Assembly (NCBI GenBank): GCA_020184695.1
Contig: JAANOX010000153.1
Location: forward strand, 186,001-250,000
DNA: 64,000 bases
Source of the DNA: Histomonas meleagridis 2922-C6/04-290x
Taxonomy: Eukaryota; Protista; Parabasalia
Direction of reading: 5' to 3'
In this document: positions 11,353 through 22,224 of the stretch, one piece after another
How the letters are laid out: every line of letters begins with the position of its first letter
Position numbering within the stretch: position 1 is the stretch's first letter
Made by a program: the position numbers and the translations under genes
The notes under the pieces: model-generated
The model's input: the letters and a program-made list of their open reading frames with translations, nothing else
What the model was told of the DNA's origin: nothing
Databases searched by the model: none

Positions 11353-13797
11353 ATGGATAAGCAGATAAAAAATGATAAAATCATAGGAAGTTATATAAAA
11401 AGTCAAGATTCAAAGACACGGTCCAATGCTATGTTATTTTTAATTGAACTGGAACGAATAATTTTTGACTTAAGTGCAAAAAATCTTGAGTTAGCAATTC
11501 AACAAACAATGGAATTATTTGATACAAATTTTCCATATTCTTTCAATGTTGTTTTATGTAAATGCATATTAAATGCATATTGCTGTCAAAAAAATGATCT
11601 CAAAATATATATTAGTTATTTACAATCCATCCAAAAAGAAGAAGAAGAAAGAAAGAAATCTATTTCAAAAATAATAAATATTTTTATCAAATGTAGTAAT
11701 GATATCCAATTTCAAGGAAAATTATATCTTCAAAATAAATTAATTCAGCAAAATTTAATTAATATAGAGACGCTAATTGAAAAATTTGATTTATGTAATT
11801 TAATTGATAATTTATATAGTAAATATTTTGCTCACTACAAAAATGTAAAAGAAAATTCAGACTATCTATATGCTGAAAATCCTTATGCTCCAGATTTTAT
11901 TAAAAATTTTGATGAACTTTCAAAGAATGATTGGGAACTTCATAAGAAATTAATTGAAGAAGGACATAATCCAAATGAAATTGCTAAAGTAATTCGAAAT
12001 GATGAAATCGAAAAACTTCAAGAAATATCATCACAACCAAAATTTGATTTTAATCAAATAATAGAACCATCACTTTATGAAAGATGTGATTTTATTAATA
12101 AAAAAAATGTTACATTAATTGATTATGCAGCATTTTTTGGATCTGTTAAATGTTTTAAATATTTACTTATGAATAATGCTAATGTATATAACACAGGTAA
12201 ATATGCAATTGCAGGTGGAAATGAAGAAATCATTCATTTATGTGAACAAAACAATTCATCATTTAAAAATGCATATAGCGCTGCAATTGAATTCCATCAA
12301 AATGATATTTTTAGATATCTTTATGAAAATAATTTGGAAAAATTGGATAAAACTAACCCAAAAAACATTAATAAATTGGGTATAGCTTGTATTACGCATG
12401 ATAATTTTACTATACTTTCATTCTTAGAAGATGAAGGAAATATGAATATTAATGATTCTTTTATTAATGCATCAATAGAAACTGGTAACTTATATCTTTT
12501 GCTGTATTATCTTCCAGAAGTTCAAAATTTCAAAAATATATTCGTTTGTTCATGGAATATTGAACTTGTAAAATATATTTTAGAGCAAAAAGGGATAGAT
12601 GTAAATGCTAAAAATATTTTTATGTTATATTTAAAATTTATTTTAATAATTTGATAATTTAAAATAATATTTGGTTATTATTTAATTAATAGAAAACAGC
12701 ATTAATATATGCATCCAAAGAAAATTTTGCAGAAATAGTCAAAATACTTCTTGAACGAAAAGGAATTGATATTAACGCCAAGGGTGTTTTTTATAAACAT
12801 TTAAAATTTGCTTTAATATTTTAACATTTTAAAATGAAACTTAAAATTAATTTAAAGTATTTATGTCAGCACTGATGTATGCTTCATACAGTGGATTCAA
12901 AGAAATAGTGAAATTACTTCTTGAACAAAAGGAAATTGAAATTAATGCTAAAGATTTTTGTTTTTCTTATTTAATAATTATTTCACTTGTTTCATAATTC
13001 AAAATATTATATGGAAATTCTTCAAAATATTTTATACAGCACTAATGTTGGCAGCTGTGAATGATCAAACAGATATAGTTAAATTACTTCTTAAGCACAA
13101 AGGAATTGATATTAATGCTAAAAATGTTTTTAATTTAAGTTTGATTTTTATATTAATTATTTGGATATTAAATAATAAATTTGGGAATTATTCTTGTAAT
13201 TTAGAACAGCACTTATGAAAGCAGCTTCAAAAAATCGTTATAATATAGTCAAATTACTTATTGAGCAAGAAAAAATAAATATTAATGATGTTAATACTTT
13301 TTTGTTTTGTTTGATGCTCCTTTTCATAATATTATTTTCCAATATAATTTTTGGAATTTATTTAATGTACTTTTTACAGCGCTTATGTTAGCAATTAGAA
13401 ATGATCGACCTAAAGTTGTATCTTTATTACTTGGACATAAAGATATTGATGTTAATGTTAAAGATATTCATTTATTTCGTTTCAATTTTTTTATAATAAT
13501 TTTGGATTTCAAAATAAATTTTGGAAATTATTCATATAATTACAAACAGCGCTTATTTATGCAGCTGAAAATGGTAATATTGAAATAATGGAATTACTTT
13601 TAAAGCAAAAAGGAATTGATATTAATGCTAAAACACATGTTTATTTAATTAATATAAAAATTCAAAAAAAAATTTGGCGATTATTCAAAGCGTTTGAAAC
13701 AGCACTTTCAAAAGCATTTAAAAAGGATGAAACAGAAATTGTTAATTTACTTATGCAACAAGAAGGAATTGATGTATCAAACAAAGATGCGAATTAA
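11353..13797 (+). CDS. DUF3447-ankyrin repeat protein, locus A, interrupted by 17-nt spacers; about 661 aa after spacer removal
   Basis: Exon 11353-12615 carries DUF3447-type motifs (LIDYAAFFGSVKCFKYLL, YAIAGGNEEIIHLCEQ, AIEFHQNDIF). 90-nt ankyrin segments follow at 12696-12785, 12866-12955, 13036-13125, 13206-13295, 13376-13465 and 13546-13635, with a last segment 13699-13797 ending in TAA. Confidence 0.85.
12616..13698 (+). other. Seven cassette blocks of (17-nt spacer + 1 codon) modules between ankyrin segments
   Basis: 80-nt blocks 12616-12695 (K,D,G,K), 12786-12865 (K,N,K,M), 12956-13035 (N,H,G,Y), 13126-13205 (D,G,G,R), 13296-13375 (D,Y,G,F), 13466-13545 (Q,W,G,Q); 63-nt block 13636-13698 (H then K,G,E). 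Counted by hand. Confidence 0.88.
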
Positions 13798-14677
13798 TGT
13801 ATTTTCATTTTACTTTAAAATCATCATATAATGAAGGGAATGTGAATACATTTAAAATGTATATTCATTCCCATAAAATTTACTTCAATGAGTAACGAGA
13901 GTTGTTTTATATTTATAACTAGTTTTGTGCAAACTCTTAATTCTAATATATTAATAAATATTTAGAATCTAAACAATGCAAACATTTACCTTGAAAACAA
14001 ATTTTCATGAAATTTTAAATAATTTCTTGTTTTGCACAAAATTTTTTAAAGTTTTTAATAATTTTCCAAAAAAATTCTTTAAATGGATCAAATTATTGTT
14101 TATTTTATTTTTTTATGTTCTGTGTTGTGTTAATAACATCTAGCATTATTACCAATAATTATTTTAGCATTTTGAGTTTTAAGAAAACATTTTCAATTGA
14201 TGATTATAATAAGCCGTTTTATAAAGCTATCAATATTTTCATCTCCCAAATTATAATCGGAATATCTCCAAATTTGGTAGGTAGTTTTTTTTTTTAATTC
14301 TATAATTATTTTTATTTTTGAATAGATTTTAATCGGGTTTCCGAGTTTTTCTATGCTATCATTCCCCGGAATTAAATATAGATAAAATATTTATTTACCA
14401 TATTTCATCTTGATCAAAATTTTCTTATTGAAATGAATGATTATGATTTAGGTAAAGATGATCATTTATGATTGATTTCATATACCATTTTTTCTCATTT
14501 AAATTTATCTAAAAGTTCCAGAAATTATTTCATATGATAGTTCATGAGGAAATTATATAAAAAATATAATGTCTAGATTAACTAAAAAGAAAGAATTCAT
14601 AATGCAAATATTTTGTCACTAAATCGGTTAAATACTCAATTTTAATTTGTTAAAATAACAAAAATAATTAGTAGTAA

Positions 14678-15126
<449 letters not shown>

Positions 15127-16199
15127 GATAAAACAAAAATTACCTCCATATGATTGACATGTTTATATCAAGTAAACCATATAATTCATTAAAATCAGTC
15201 AAGAACTTTTATATCTGAAAAAAGAGATAAATGTGATTGTTATGTCATGAACTGAATATTATTTGTTTTTACTATAAGGTAAACATAAAATTAATGAGAA
15301 TAATGAGCATTTTTTGCATAAAACCACTGGAGCGCTCCAATCACTTTCTCTTTTATTGCAAGCCAAAAACCAAAAGCATCAATCAAAAATTCAAGTCTCA
15401 AAATGACACATAATTATTAACCTTTTTTTGTTTATTTTGTCAGGATCTTTTGATAATATTATAAACCATTCAATATCATCGGAATATTTTGACTTTGAAC
15501 AGACTTACTTAATTTTTTTCATTTTGTTTTGTGGATTTCTTGATTTGTTTTAATTTATTTGATTTCTAGAACTATAAAACATAATACCATATGATCCTTC
15601 TATCAAAAAATTACAATAATTTGGTTTATATATTATATTGATTAATTTTGTATTAATTTATTTTTTCTTCCTTTTTTCGGAAACAACATAATAAACTTAA
15701 AGTCCATGTAGTATTATTTTCTGGATCAACAAGAAATTTTAAAATTTATTATATACATGGAGATATATGAAAAACAAAAACATGTTTTTTCGAAATATAT
15801 TGAAAAAGTTTATTTTGATCGTACCTGGACCCTTAAAATTCCTTAATTATTTTTCCAAAAATGAAAAATACATCAGAGTTGCTAAATTACTCATGTTATA
15901 AAATTACCTTTATTATAATTCAATAAATTGAGTATAGATTGATTTTCTTTAATTTTAATGAAAATTTAAATTTATTATGACCCACTTATATATTTATTAT
16001 TTATTAATACTATTTTCCATAATATTTTTGTTTTCAAATTACGGTTTGGGCATTCTGCCTCTGTTTTCACAAATTAATTGGCCGGTTATGATTCTGAACT
16101 ACGATCAAAAAATTCAATGCTTAAACCTAAATCTAGGTTAAATTTTTGACTTTACAACCACAACATTTTGAATCGGAGAGTGTCATTTGACAGGTATAA

Positions 16200-16220
16200 A
16201 ACCGTTTGTCAAAATCATTT
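16200..16220 (+). promoter_or_regulatory. M3-like element (AACCGTTT, 16200-16207) plus Inr (TCATTT, 16215-16220)
   Basis: Matches the trichomonad M3 (DRCSGYTD) and initiator TCA(T/C)T(T/A) consensus directly before ATG 16221. Confidence 0.65.
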
Positions 16221-16790
16221 ATGTTCGGTCTTCTTCTTGCATCTTGCACTGCACTTACAGGTGTAATCACAAAAGACACTGATGTCTACCGCCTTCCAAT
16301 ATTCGGAAAGCCAATTGGACAACTTGAAAAAGGACAAATTGTCGCCATCACAACATACTCATCACCACTTTTTGTTGGAATCCTCTACAACAAAAGACCA
16401 TCATATGTCCCAGTTCAAGCAATCAGCATCAAAGAATCAAACTCTGTTGGTGACACAATCGTATCATATGCCAAATCCAAGCTCGGATGCTCATATGTTT
16501 ATGGCGCAGCTGGTCCAAACACCTTTGATTGCTCTGGTTTAACACAATGGTGCCATAAGCAAGTCGGAATCTCAATCCCAAGAACCGCAAGTGCTCAATC
16601 ACAAAGTGGTACAAAAGTTACACAAGCTAACCTTAAACCAGGTGATGTCTGCTGCTTCTACAGCCCAGTTTCCCATGTTGGTATCTATGTCGGCTCTGGA
16701 AACTGCATCCATGCACCACACTCAGGTGATGTTGTTAAGACAACCGGAATCAAATACATGAGCTTCCAATTCGGACGTCGTTACTGGTAA
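16221..16790 (+). CDS. NlpC/P60 peptidoglycan endopeptidase with signal peptide and SH3b-like N-terminal domain
   Basis: YVYGAAGPNTFDCSGL (catalytic Cys), SHVGIYVG (His), CIHAP; the ORF track starts at TTG 16206, first ATG is 16221. Confidence 0.92.
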   Translation: MFGLLLASCTALTGVITKDTDVYRLPIFGKPIGQLEKGQIVAITTYSSPLFVGILYNKRPSYVPVQAISIKESNSVGDTIVSYAKSKLGCSYVYGAAGPNTFDCSGLTQWCHKQVGISIPRTASAQSQSGTKVTQANLKPGDVCCFYSPVSHVGIYVGSGNCIHAPHSGDVVKTTGIKYMSFQFGRRYW

Positions 16791-16935
16791 AAAGTTGGGA
16801 TCTTTCCCATTATAATTTTGCTTTTTTTTTTACTAGGAAAAACTCAAATTTCCTTTTCATAATGCTTAGGTGAACAACACAACAAATTAAAATGTATAAC
16901 TTTTTATTAATTTCAAACATGGAACAAATTTAATG

Positions 16936-19509
16936 TTATTTTGGGAATAAAATATTTAACAATTTCTTTGATTGAGCAGAGATATGTTCATTAGGTGATT
17001 CTGCATAACAATATAAAATTTTTTTGATTTCAGGAAGATGTAATTGTGTCATGAAAATCGATGTAATTTCATATGGAGCTGATAAAACGTCGTCCAAAAA
17101 CGTCAGCAGATACACTTTTATGTAATCTGGCGCATCCATTAAATGAACTAAATATTTTTTAATAGGCAAAAACAACAAAACTTTATTATGTTTCAAATCC
17201 ATTAAATTTGGGTAAGAAACAATAATTTTATTAGGAACATAAATCAAAGTACACAATAATATGTTTCTAAGTTCTATATCATTATCAGGAACTATAATAT
17301 CGTGAATAAAATGTCTTAAAATTTTCATTATGTATGAAAAAGTATTTATAATAACATCAGAAGAAACTGATATTATGTCGCCAACAGCAAAGAATAACGA
17401 CACCGAATTATAAGGAAGATAAATGAACTCTTCAATTTTCGCAAAAATTAATTCCAGAAAATTATTTATATATTGTAGAAACATTTGATTATGATTCGAT
17501 TTATATATATCACCAATAAGTCGACTAACACAAGTTACAAATTCAGGAGAATCATTTTTTAATCCATTTATAAGAATTTGTATTAAACGATTAAAGTTTT
17601 GTTGTATTATATCAATCGATTGTATTTGTATTAATGCGGAAATAGTATTTAATGAGTCGATTTCAATTGGTGAAGAACGTTCTATTAAAGTAAATAATAT
17701 ATTTTGTAAATTTGTAATTTCTTGAATTAATGTTTGTGGAAATTCGTCGATTCTTAATATTATTTCACGAAGAATTCGACATAAATTACTTTGGATTCGT
17801 ATTTGTGATGATGTATCATTAAATGAAACTTGAAGTGATAATATGAATTTATTATATGACAAAAGAAAAATGTTTTGAAGTTGTTCAATTGAAATTATCG
17901 AATTTATAAAACTTATTATACAATTAGTAACTGATTCTAAAAAATTACCTTCGAAAATATCATTTCGTTGAATTGTTTGAAACAAAAGTGTTGAAATATT
18001 TTCATAAATGGAAAATATAATATCTGGATTTTTTATTATGGAAAAAATTATTTTCAAAATGTTTATTGCAGATGTTGAAAGTATATAATTATTATTTGCG
18101 ATTACAATAACAGAAAAATTCATAAAATCGATATATGTTTCTTGTGCAATATCGATATGATGTGATAGAATCGATTTAATTAGTTTTAATGCGTATTTTT
18201 TTATGAGAATTATATTACTTGTTTCAAATATATTTATAATAATTGGACAAATTTTTCGAATGTTTTCATTAATAAATGGATTTTCCTGTATTCCAACAAT
18301 TGAGAAAAGACATAAAATTGAAGAAAATATAAATTTGACTTCATTGCTATTAAAATGTTGTTGAAAATAAGTAAAACATGCACTTGAAATATAATTATCA
18401 ACTCCTTCAACTCTTGCAAATGAATTCAAACAATCTTTAGCTACAAAGCATAATGAAATATCTTCATTATCTTCATTAATTATTGAAAGAAAACTAAATA
18501 ACTTTGGATATAATGTTTCAGCAATTGTTTGCGTAAAGTTGTGAAATTGGAAAATTTGATGTTTCAACATTTTGATACTCTGTTGAATGAATTTTTCGGT
18601 TTCCGCAATTTTTGTACATAATTGAATGGACTGCTCAACTTTTTCAATGTTATCGCAAAGCATGCAACTTGAAATGGAATCAAAAATAAGTTTCATTGAG
18701 TCATTACTAATAGAATTGTATAAAACTTCAATGACTTGGTTCAAAATATCAAATATAATTCCAGAATAGGTTGTGTTATTGGTTTTTAAAGATTGGGAAA
18801 GTAATTGAAGGAAATTATTAAAGTTTGACTCATCAAAAAGCCTCAAAGCAAAGCGAAGAAATGAGTTTAAGCATTTTGCTGCTGAAATTTTTATAATATC
18901 ATTTGCATCATTAGTGGATATTATTTTGGTGATGATATTAAGTAGTGTCAGACATACATTTTGAAGATCAAATGGAGGATGAAACATAGTTTTTTGTGCT
19001 TCTGGGATTTGGAAAATTTCTGTAAAACATTGAAAGCTTCCATTTTTGGACCAGAAACCATACGTGTCATTAACTATGATTTCAATAAGTTTTTCATAGA
19101 GGTCATCCCATTGACCAAGCGGAATTTCAACTCGTGCAACTATTGATAATGATTTTGAACATTGTTGCCGAATTTGCTCAGACTCAAACATAAGCCCGCG
19201 AAATAGACCTTTTCTTATGACTGGTTTAACTTCTTGTAGGACTTCTTTTTCCCAAAATTTCTTAATCAATCCAAAACTAATTTGTGTATTAGGAGATAAT
19301 ATTTGACCAACACATATTGCTGCCATCAAAAAGGAAAAAGGTGTAGCTTCGTCGCATAAAATCTCTGAACAAAATTTTAAAAATTCTGATTTTGATTTTT
19401 TTTGAAGTTCAATTATCATTCTACTTGCTAAGTTTACCTTATCTGGTTCACTTGAGTGTATAGCTTCAAATAATTCTAAGATAGTTTGCTTTGAAAATCC
19501 AACATCCAT
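16936..19509 (-). CDS. Divergent importin-beta/karyopherin-like HEAT repeat protein
   Basis: N-terminal IBN_N-like segment; IARVEIPLGQWDDLYEKL resembles the importin-beta IAxxELPxxxWPEL motif; helical throughout. Confidence 0.72.
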   Translation of the reverse strand: MDVGFSKQTILELFEAIHSSEPDKVNLASRMIIELQKKSKSEFLKFCSEILCDEATPFSFLMAAICVGQILSPNTQISFGLIKKFWEKEVLQEVKPVIRKGLFRGLMFESEQIRQQCSKSLSIVARVEIPLGQWDDLYEKLIEIIVNDTYGFWSKNGSFQCFTEIFQIPEAQKTMFHPPFDLQNVCLTLLNIITKIISTNDANDIIKISAAKCLNSFLRFALRLFDESNFNNFLQLLSQSLKTNNTTYSGIIFDILNQVIEVLYNSISNDSMKLIFDSISSCMLCDNIEKVEQSIQLCTKIAETEKFIQQSIKMLKHQIFQFHNFTQTIAETLYPKLFSFLSIINEDNEDISLCFVAKDCLNSFARVEGVDNYISSACFTYFQQHFNSNEVKFIFSSILCLFSIVGIQENPFINENIRKICPIIINIFETSNIILIKKYALKLIKSILSHHIDIAQETYIDFMNFSVIVIANNNYILSTSAINILKIIFSIIKNPDIIFSIYENISTLLFQTIQRNDIFEGNFLESVTNCIISFINSIISIEQLQNIFLLSYNKFILSLQVSFNDTSSQIRIQSNLCRILREIILRIDEFPQTLIQEITNLQNILFTLIERSSPIEIDSLNTISALIQIQSIDIIQQNFNRLIQILINGLKNDSPEFVTCVSRLIGDIYKSNHNQMFLQYINNFLELIFAKIEEFIYLPYNSVSLFFAVGDIISVSSDVIINTFSYIMKILRHFIHDIIVPDNDIELRNILLCTLIYVPNKIIVSYPNLMDLKHNKVLLFLPIKKYLVHLMDAPDYIKVYLLTFLDDVLSAPYEITSIFMTQLHLPEIKKILYCYAESPNEHISAQSKKLLNILFPK

Positions 19510-19619
19510 AAATCTTCAGCTATCGTTGTTTCATTTAACGGCCGAATCTCAAAAAAACCGATAGAATTAACGTACTTGCTTTGAATAAACAGCGGTTTAT
19601 GTATTTGTTAAAAAAATTA

Positions 19620-22224
19620 ATGGATGAGAAACAAAATGCCGTAATTTCGCGTTTAAAATCACTTCAAGAAATTATATTCGAACTCAAATATTCCAACGTT
19701 CGTTCATCTGTTGAATCAACTCTTAAAATATTTGATCATGATTATCCTTTATCTTTCAACTTCATTATTTGTCATTTAATATATATTTTTTCAATAACGC
19801 AAAAAAAAGACCCAGATGTATATTTTCAATACATGAAGGCATTCGAATCCAAAGAAAGAGAAGAAAAACTTATTGATTGTGATTTAAGCAAAATTCTTTA
19901 TCATATAACAATAATCGCAGATTTATTCGAATCAGAATTTCTTCTAGAAAGAATGATTGAGCAAGGATTAATCACATCTCATATTGTTCGTGACAAAAAA
20001 TCATTATATTTTGCTCATTATAAGACAAAGGAAGTAATCAAAAAAATGATGGATGTTCCTTTTATCATACAGTTTATACCTAAAATTGAAAGTTTATCAG
20101 CTTATCATTGGAAGCTTCAAAGAATGTTGGCTCATTTTGGAGTCAATCATAAGAAAATAGCTCTCATTCTTCGAAATGATGATTTAGATAAATTAACTAA
20201 AATTTCAGAAAAATCTAATTTCGATATCAACAAAACTATTCCTTCTCTTTACGAAAGGTTTTCAGTTGCTAGAACAGATTTTTTTTCTTTGATTGATTGT
20301 GCTGCATTATATGGGTCAATAAAATGTTTTAAATTTTTATTATTTAATGGTGCTGATGCATCTCACGTTACACCTTATGCTGTTATTGGTGGAAATTTTG
20401 AAATTATTGATCTTTGTTGTGAATGCAACTTGTCTTTTGATTATACATCATATGATGCAGCAATTAAATTTCATCAAAATGAAGTTTTTAAGTATTTATA
20501 TAAAAATAAAATTGGTAAATTTAAAAATTTGACTAGTCTTGGAAAAAAATGTGTTTTTACTAATAATTATGAACTTTTTTTCTTTTTACTAAATGAAGGG
20601 ATGGAGTTAAATGATTCAATAATACATAATGCAGCAACCATTGGAAATACACCACTTATTTCATATATACTAAGCAAAGGAATAGAATTACCTAAAAATA
20701 TTTTTTTATCAGCTGTAGTATCTGAAAATTTAGAACTTGCGAAATATATCCTTCAATATGTTAAGGTTGATATGAATGCTAGGGATATTCTTTTTTTGTT
20801 ATTAAAATTTATTTTTGATATTCAAAGTTTATTGAGTTTATTTGGAATTTATTTTATTTATTTTTCACTGCACTTGTAAAGGCATCAACGTTAGGTAATA
20901 CCAGGATGGTTAAATTAATTCTTACACAAAAAGCTGTAAATATAAATGCACGATGTATTTATTTATATTTTATATTTATATTTTTAATAAGGTGTTTTTA
21001 CTTAATATTCGGAATTTATTTGTTTCATTTACAACAGCACTCTTATCTGCATCTAGCTTGGGACATACTGAAATTGTGGGATTGCTTCTTGAACGAGATG
21101 AAATTGATGTTAATCAAGAAAATGATGATATATAATCATGATATTAATTCCTAATTTGTGTACAAAATCTACAAAAATATTTTGGTTCTTCTCTTCTATA
21201 TGCAGCCAAAAATAACTATATAGAAATTGTCAAATTGCTTCTTAGTCATCCTGAAATTGATGTGAATCATAAGACTATTTTTTAATTTTGTTGAAAGTTT
21301 ATTTCATAATTTTGATGTTTCTTCTTGTATTTTGGGATTTTTAAATGATGTTTAAAACACCATTAATATCTGCATGTGAAAATAGTAATGTTGAAATTGT
21401 TAATTTACTTCTTAATCATCCAAAAATTGATATAAATGCCAAAGATGTTATTTTATTATGTTTAATATATATTTTAATTGCATCATGTTTAAACCACAAT
21501 TTTGGTATTCATTTAAAGGACAAACAACAGGACTTATATATGCAGCTAAAAATAATTCTGAAAATATAGTTAAAATGCTTCTTGCACAAAATAAAATCGA
21601 TATTAATCATGCAAATCTTCAAATTATTTTTCTGATGTTTATTTCATTACTTTAAAATATCAATAATATTTTTGGTGTCTCATAAAAAAATTTATAACTG
21701 CTCTTATGGAAGCTTGTAGATTTGGTAGCACTCGTTCTGCTCAGTTACTTCTTGCTCATAAAGACATAGATATAAATTATATTAATGTTTAATTATTATA
21801 TATAAGGAAAATTTTTACTATTTCGTATTTAAAAATATTTTATGGATTTCATTCATAATATTTTACACAGCACTTATATACGCATCCAAATATAGCCAAA
21901 AGGAAATTGTTAGATTACTTCTTGAAGATAAAAAAATAAAAATTAATGTTAGAAATATTAACAAAATGTTTTCAAATTTTGTATTTAAAATTTAAAGTAT
22001 AATTAATGTTATTGGATTTCATTAAAAAATATTGAGACAGCATTGACTTTAGCATGCATAAATAGAAGTAAAGGAATTGCAAAATTACTTTTGCTACAAG
22101 ACAATATAAAAATTAATGAATCTGATATATGTTTGCTTTATTTCAGAAATGTTTTTATTTTTTAGAGTTTTTTTGATTATTTTTTGGTTAATTCCATCTT
22201 TAATTACCTCTGATGCTAGAATAG
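19620..22224 (+). CDS. DUF3447-ankyrin repeat protein, locus B, interrupted by 17-nt spacers
   Basis: Exon to 20786 with DUF3447-type motifs (LIDCAALYGSIKCFKFLL, YAVIGGNFEII). 90-nt ankyrin segments start at 20867, 21034, 21187, 21357, 21527, 21697, 21867 and 22037. Start (ATG 19599 or 19620) and 3' end (TAG 22222-22224) are uncertain. Confidence 0.8.
20787..22206 (+). other. Cassette blocks of (17-nt spacer + 1 codon) modules in locus B
   Basis: 80-nt blocks 20787-20866 (KKGF), 21277-21356 (KDGK), 21447-21526 (NHGT), 21617-21696 (DKGI), 21787-21866 (KRGY), 21957-22036 (KKGE); 77-nt block 20957-21033; 63-nt block 21124-21186; terminal, less convincing block 22127-22206. Confidence 0.86.

Noticed and set aside
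12616-13698. 80-nt blocks as ordinary spliceosomal introns
   Set aside because: No consistent GT 5' end, no AG 3' end and no ACTAAC branch motif; a single excision also cannot explain the Gly codon fixed at positions 58-60
12958-13797. Small ORFs 12958-13218, 13307-13588, 13588-13797 (and 20906-21655, 57.5-57.9 kb equivalents) as separate genes
   Set aside because: They are chance read-throughs of spacer blocks joined to single ankyrin segments of the larger interrupted genes
14100-14560. Coding-like patches upstream of the AAT tract
   Set aside because: No continuous frame or recognisable homology, and no 17+3 phasing found
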